From NCBI GenBank assembly GCA_964481195.1, contig CAYZTB010000004.1, positions 24,306-88,305 of the forward strand: a DNA stretch of 64,000 nucleotides. Direction: 5' to 3'. Numbering within the stretch: position 1 is the first letter of the stretch; every line of letters begins with the position of its first letter. Position numbers and translations under genes: made by a program. Shown here piece after piece: positions 59,431-64,000 of this stretch. Below the pieces are notes generated by a model that was given only the letters and a program-made list of their open reading frames with translations, was not told where the DNA came from and did no database searches. The DNA comes from an uncultured Bacteroidia bacterium. Lineage in GTDB: Bacteria > Bacteroidota > Bacteroidia > Palsa-948.

Positions 59431-59504
59431 AAATAAAAAATCCCGACCAGTTGAGGTTAGATTAATAAGTGTTTGAAAAACGATACAAAAAAAATTAGTT
59501 TAGG

Positions 59505-59590
59505 CTCCGTGTTACTCTGTGCTCTTTGTGTCTCTGTGTTGGATGTTTTAACACATAGCCCACAGAGTAGTAAGAGTCCCACAGAGAGAC
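59505..59590. repeat. Family A outward-facing doublet downstream of sdhB
   Basis: CTCCGTGTTACTCTGTG...CTCTGTGTT-GGATGTT-TTAACACATAGCCCACAGAG...GAGTCCCACAGAG. Confidence 0.8.
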
Positions 59591-59656
59591 ACCTCTGCTC
59601 CAGATATTTTTGTGCCCCTGCCTGAGAAGATTTTTCTTTACAGAGGCATTAACAGA

Positions 59657-60400
59657 TTATTCAGCAAGATTGGACATCATATATTCTCGGTTCATTCTAG
59701 CAATGTTTGAAAGCGATATCTCTTTTGGACATTCTGCTTCGCAGCTGCCAGTGTTGGTACAATTTCCAAACCCTTCGGCATCCATTTGTGCCACCATACT
59801 TTGTACACGTTCCTTGCGCTCCACATGTCCTTGAGGCAATAATGCTAGCTGAGAAACTTTTGCAGAAACAAAAAGCATAGCCGATGAATTTTTGCAAGCA
59901 GCAACACAAGCACCACATCCAATGCAGGCAGCAGCGGCAAAAGCTTCATCTGCATCGGGCTTTGGAATAGTTATGTTGTTTGCATCTTTTGCGTTTCCGG
60001 TATTTACAGATACAAAACCTCCTGCAGCGATGATGCGGTCAAAACCGGATCGATCCACCACCAAATCTTTCACCACCGGAAATCCTTTGGCTCTCCAAGG
60101 TTCAATTGTTATAGTATCTCCATCTTTGAAAGCACGCATGTGCAGCTGACACGTAGTGGTTCCATCCCAAGGGCCGTGCGCTCGTCCATTAATAAACATG
60201 GAACACATTCCACAAATTCCTTCGCGGCAGTCGTGATCAAAGGCAACGGGCTCCTCGTTCTTTCCAATGAGACGCTCGTTAAGCACATCAATCATTTCCA
60301 AAAACGACATATCTTCCGATATCCCATCCACCGCATAACTGGCAAAGCCGCCTTTCTCGTTTTTGTTTTTTTGTCTCCAGATTTTTAATGTCAAATTCAT
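59657..60400 (-). CDS. sdhB: Succinate dehydrogenase/fumarate reductase Fe-S subunit
   Basis: [29 protein letters not shown]. Confidence 0.96.
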   Translation of the reverse strand: MNLTLKIWRQKNKNEKGGFASYAVDGISEDMSFLEMIDVLNERLIGKNEEPVAFDHDCREGICGMCSMFINGRAHGPWDGTTTCQLHMRAFKDGDTITIEPWRAKGFPVVKDLVVDRSGFDRIIAAGGFVSVNTGNAKDANNITIPKPDADEAFAAAACIGCGACVAACKNSSAMLFVSAKVSQLALLPQGHVERKERVQSMVAQMDAEGFGNCTNTGSCEAECPKEISLSNIARMNREYMMSNLAE

Positions 60401-60414
60401 AGGTTGTATTTTTT

Positions 60415-60500
60415 CTCAGTGTAACTCTGGTTTTACCTCTGTGTTCTCTGTGTTGAAAAATTTAACACAGAGCGCGCAGAGGCGAATGAGTTTCACAGAG
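60415..60500. repeat. Family A outward-facing doublet between sdhA and sdhB
   Basis: CTCAGTGTAACTC...CTCTGTGTTCTCTGTGTTGAA-AAA-TTTAACACAGAGCGCGCAGAG...GAGTTTCACAGAG. Confidence 0.85.
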
Positions 60501-60502
60501 TA

Positions 60503-62482
60503 TTATTTATAACTACGCTGCGATGGATGAACAATGTCAAAAACCAACTCTTCCTTATGTAATTCAGATTCGCCAACTCCTTTGTATTCCCAGGCTGCTA
60601 CGTAGCTGAAGTTTTCATCATCGCGTTTTGCTTCTCCATCTTCGGTTTGAGATTCTTCACGAAAATGGCCTCCGCAAGATTCTTTTCTGTTGAGTGCATC
60701 TTTACACATTAATTCACCAAGCTCAATAAAATCTGCAACACGACCTGCTTTTTCCAGTTCTAAGTTCATTTCATTTTGCTCTCCTGGAATTCGAACATCC
60801 TTCCAGAATTCTTCGCGCAGCGCACGAATTTCGGCAATGGCTTCGTTCAATCCTTTTTCATTTCTTGCCATGCCGCACTTGTCCCACATGATTTTTCCTA
60901 ATTTTTTGTGGAAATGATCTACGGACTTTGTTCCTTTGATGCTCATTAATTTATCCAGCTGCTCCTGCACTTTCTTTTCGGCTGCTACAAATGCTTCGTG
61001 GTCGGTAGGGATTGCTTTGGTGCGTATGTCTTGCGATAAATATGTTCCGATGGTGTAGGGCAATATAAAATATCCGTCCGCCAATCCTTGCATGAGTGCT
61101 GATGCTCCTAAGCGATTTGCTCCGTGATCCGAAAAGTTTGCTTCGCCCAGCGCGTACAACCCCGGTACGGATGTCATCAAGTCATAATCTACCCACAGTC
61201 CGCCCATGGTATAATGCACGGCAGGATAAATACGCATGGGAGTTTCGTACGGATTTTCTCCGGTAATTTTTGCATACATGTCAAATAGGTTGCCGTATTT
61301 TTCTTTTACCACTTCTTTTCCAAGTTCAATAATCCGTTCGTTGGAAACATTATGCAGGTTTAGTTTGTTAACCTGACTTTTTCCGTAGCGCACAATGGCA
61401 GCAGTAAAATCTAGGAACACCGCCATTTTAGAAGTGCCCACTCCGTACCCTTCATCGCATCTTTCTTTAGCTGCGCGTGATGCCACATCGCGTGGAACCA
61501 AGTTTCCAAAGGCGGGGTATCTTCTTTCTAAATAATAATCTCTTTCTTCTTCCGGAATGTCTTTAGCTTTTCTAGCATCTCCTTTTGCTTTGGGCACCCA
61601 TATGCGTCCGTCATTTCGTAAGGATTCAGACATCAAGGTTAGTTTGGATTGATGATCTCCCGAAACAGGAATGCAGGTAGGATGTATTTGAGTGTAGCAA
61701 GGATTTCCAAAGAATGCTCCTTGCTTATGCGCTTTCCATGCTGCGGTTACATTAGAACCCATGGCGTTGGTAGAAAGATAAAATACGTTTCCATAACCAC
61801 CGGTGCAAAGTAAAACAGCGTGACCGAAATGCCTTTCCAGTTTTCCGCTGATTAGATCACGTGCAATGATGCCTCGCGCTTTTCCATCAATCATAACAAT
61901 GTCCAGCATCTCGTGACGAGAATACATTTTTACGGTACCAAGGCCTACTTGTCTTTCTAAAGCAGAATATGCTCCGAGCAAAAGTTGTTGTCCGGTTTGT
62001 CCTGCAGCATAAAAAGTACGCTGCACTTGTGTTCCACCAAACGAGCGGTTGCTTAAATAGCCTCCGTATTCACGAGCAAAAGGAACTCCTTGCGCTACAC
62101 ACTGATCAATAATATTGGAAGATACTTCTGCTAAGCGATATACGTTTCCTTCGCGTGCACGGTAGTCGCCACCTTTTACGGTATCGTAAAAAAGTCGAAA
62201 CACGCTATCGCCATCGTTCTGATAATTTTTTGCTGCGTTAATTCCACCCTGTGCTGCGATGGAGTGTGCACGTCTTGGAGAATCTTGAAAGCAGAAACAT
62301 TTTACTTGGTAGCCAAGCTCTGCCAATGAAGATGCTGCTGATGCACCTGCAAGACCGGATCCTACCACAATGATTTCGATGCTGCGTTTGTTGGCAGGGT
62401 TTACCAGTGGGACAGTGGATTTATATTTGACCCACTTTGTTTCAAGATCTCCCGCAGGAATTTTAGAATTTATTTTGCTCAT
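60503..62482 (-). CDS. sdhA: Succinate dehydrogenase/fumarate reductase flavoprotein
   Basis: [47 protein letters not shown]. Confidence 0.97.
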   Translation of the reverse strand: MSKINSKIPAGDLETKWVKYKSTVPLVNPANKRSIEIIVVGSGLAGASAASSLAELGYQVKCFCFQDSPRRAHSIAAQGGINAAKNYQNDGDSVFRLFYDTVKGGDYRAREGNVYRLAEVSSNIIDQCVAQGVPFAREYGGYLSNRSFGGTQVQRTFYAAGQTGQQLLLGAYSALERQVGLGTVKMYSRHEMLDIVMIDGKARGIIARDLISGKLERHFGHAVLLCTGGYGNVFYLSTNAMGSNVTAAWKAHKQGAFFGNPCYTQIHPTCIPVSGDHQSKLTLMSESLRNDGRIWVPKAKGDARKAKDIPEEERDYYLERRYPAFGNLVPRDVASRAAKERCDEGYGVGTSKMAVFLDFTAAIVRYGKSQVNKLNLHNVSNERIIELGKEVVKEKYGNLFDMYAKITGENPYETPMRIYPAVHYTMGGLWVDYDLMTSVPGLYALGEANFSDHGANRLGASALMQGLADGYFILPYTIGTYLSQDIRTKAIPTDHEAFVAAEKKVQEQLDKLMSIKGTKSVDHFHKKLGKIMWDKCGMARNEKGLNEAIAEIRALREEFWKDVRIPGEQNEMNLELEKAGRVADFIELGELMCKDALNRKESCGGHFREESQTEDGEAKRDDENFSYVAAWEYKGVGESELHKEELVFDIVHPSQRSYK

Positions 62483-62494
62483 AGTATTTACTTT

Positions 62495-62958
62495 TTTAAC
62501 ACAGAGGGCATGGAGAAAAAGAGTTACACGGAGTTTAAATTGCCGTTTATTTTTCTTCGGATACCTTCTTTTAATAAGGGAACATTAAAGTTAATTAAAA
62601 GTCCAAGTTTTTTATTTGCTAGTTTAAGATACGTTACTAATTGCGCTTCGTGAACAGGTAAAATATGTTCAACAGATTTAAATTCTAAAATTATCAAATC
62701 GTTCACTAGGGTATCAATAACAAATTCTTTATCAAGTTTTTCGCCTTTAAATGTAACTGGTAATATTACTTGTCTTTGCACATACAGCCCTTCTTTCAGC
62801 ATTACGTTCTCAGCACATATTTCATATACAGATTCCATTAAACCCGGACCAAGCTCTTTGTGCACTTCCATGCAACAATGAATTATTTGTTGAGAAAGAT
62901 TATTGTAATCCTTCTCTGTGAAACTCTTAACCCTCTGTGTGCTCTGTGTTGAATTCAT
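62495..62958. mobile_element. GxxExxY gene bounded by inverted family A arms, inserted between sdhC and sdhA
   Basis: Left arm TTTAACACAGAG...GAGTTACACGGAG (62495-62533); right arm CTCTGTGAAACTC...CTCTGTGTGCTCTGTGTTGAA (62914-62953). Confidence 0.75.
62524..62958 (-). CDS. GxxExxY protein, copy 2
   Basis: [41 protein letters not shown]; N-terminal [15 protein letters not shown] and C-terminal NSV* are repeat-encoded. Confidence 0.93.
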   Translation of the reverse strand: MNSTQSTQRVKSFTEKDYNNLSQQIIHCCMEVHKELGPGLMESVYEICAENVMLKEGLYVQRQVILPVTFKGEKLDKEFVIDTLVNDLIILEFKSVEHILPVHEAQLVTYLKLANKKLGLLINFNVPLLKEGIRRKINGNLNSV

Positions 62959-62963
62959 ATTCT

Positions 62964-63647
62964 TTAGAACGTATTGCCTGCAATGCCGAAGTAAAACAAA
63001 ACAGGAATGGACGCGAAGCCTACAAACACAATTCCGAAAGCAAACGCACTTCCGATTAGGGATAATACAGGCATGTATTTTTTATTATTTAATCCTAAGC
63101 TTTGAAAAGCAGATTGGAAGCCATGGTTTAAATGAAATGATAAGATGAGGACAGATACAACATACAAAAGCACATACCAGCCATTTTGAAAAGCAACTTT
63201 CACTGCTTGTGCTACGTTTAGTTGATCTTCACCACCAACGGTGCCGGAGATTCGGTAAGGAACAAAGAAGTGCCAAAGGTGTACCACGATAAAGAAAAAT
63301 ATTAAGCTGCCGGTAATACCCATGTTGCGAGAAAACCAATTGCTGGTTTCGCCCACTTTGTACATCGCATATTTTACTGGACGCGCATCGGAGTTTTGTT
63401 TGGTTAAATTAATGGCTTGTAATACATGCACGATGATGGCTCCAAACAAAAATACTTCTACTATACGAATGAATAAGCTGTGTACTAAGGTGTGAGAATA
63501 CTCTACAAAGGCAAGACCTCCGTCAGAAGCAAACAATAATAGGTTTCCGTAAAGGTGCTCCACTAAAAATACGCAGAGGAATAAGCCGGTAGCAGCCATC
63601 ACAGTTTTTCTGCCAAGGCTGGAATTTAAGAATTGGGTAATGGTCAT
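62964..63647 (-). CDS. sdhC: Succinate dehydrogenase cytochrome b subunit
   Basis: GRKTVMAATGLFL, HLYGNL, VHLWHF, HLNHGFQSAFQSLG. Confidence 0.95.
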   Translation of the reverse strand: MTITQFLNSSLGRKTVMAATGLFLCVFLVEHLYGNLLLFASDGGLAFVEYSHTLVHSLFIRIVEVFLFGAIIVHVLQAINLTKQNSDARPVKYAMYKVGETSNWFSRNMGITGSLIFFFIVVHLWHFFVPYRISGTVGGEDQLNVAQAVKVAFQNGWYVLLYVVSVLILSFHLNHGFQSAFQSLGLNNKKYMPVLSLIGSAFAFGIVFVGFASIPVLFYFGIAGNTF

Positions 63648-63685
63648 AAGTTATTAGGTATGAGTGCGGCATTTTGTTGCTGCTG

Positions 63686-63693
63686 CAAATGTA
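63686..63693 (-). promoter_or_regulatory. -7 promoter element for the sdh operon
   Basis: Minus strand TACATTTG, ~40 nt upstream of the sdhC ATG. Confidence 0.6.
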
Positions 63694-63769
63694 GCAGCAT
63701 GAAGCAAATGGGGAAACAAAAAACCTTCAAAGTTTTTAACTAGTAGAGGGATTATTTCAAATAATAAAA

Positions 63770-64000
63770 TTATTGAAAGCTAGCAGCAGATTTATACAAG
63801 AAAGGATTAGGATTACCCCAGCGTAAAGAAATTTCAAATCCTCCTTTTCCGGAGGTTGCAGACTTAAGCCCCGATAAATTTACATCGTAGCTTACTCCTA
63901 TTGTATATTCGGCAAATTCAAATTGCACGGAGGGTATAAAAGCATCTTTTACTCTCCAATAGGAGCCAAGCATAATAGAAGCACCTTTAACATAGCCAGT
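63770..64000 (-). CDS. PorP/SprF family T9SS membrane protein, C-terminal part
   Basis: DAFIPSVQF...IGVSYDVNLSGL...GGFEISL; enters from the window edge. Confidence 0.75.
   Translation of the reverse strand, partial: TGYVKGASIMLGSYWRVKDAFIPSVQFEFAEYTIGVSYDVNLSGLKSATSGKGGFEISLRWGNPNPFLYKSAASFQ

Overview
AT-rich chromosomal segment of a Bacteroidota genome. Support for this: TAnnTTTG -7 promoters, a T9SS cargo protein, a PorP/SprF fragment, a GLPGLI protein and a long-form urocanase. The backbone is housekeeping and envelope genes (cvfB, proC, hutU, ahcY, purF, ssb, xth, slyD, sdhCAB, several GT-C/TPR membrane proteins), plus a general-stress cluster at 1-4 kb. No rRNA, tRNA, CRISPR array, transposase or integrase was recognised. 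The most striking feature is a set of short palindromic repeat families, two of them next to small stand-alone nucleases. (1) CACAGAG/CACAAAG arms bound or adjoin two GxxExxY (PD-(D/E)XK) genes, one of them inserted inside sdhCAB, and also occur as gene-less doublets. (2) TGAGCTTGTCGAA repeats with a 7-unit tandem array sit directly upstream of a GIY-YIG gene. (3) A C/G-rich hairpin doublet is inserted in-frame into several proteins. (4) A GGAGTC(C/T)CTTCGGG element is nested inside two other families. (5) TA-flanked mini-hairpins disrupt a ParE/RelE toxin gene. There are also several frameshifted genes or relics, an integron-cassette-like unit, and a secreted heme-c/copper monooxygenase. Family assignments come from motif recognition only; no searches were run.
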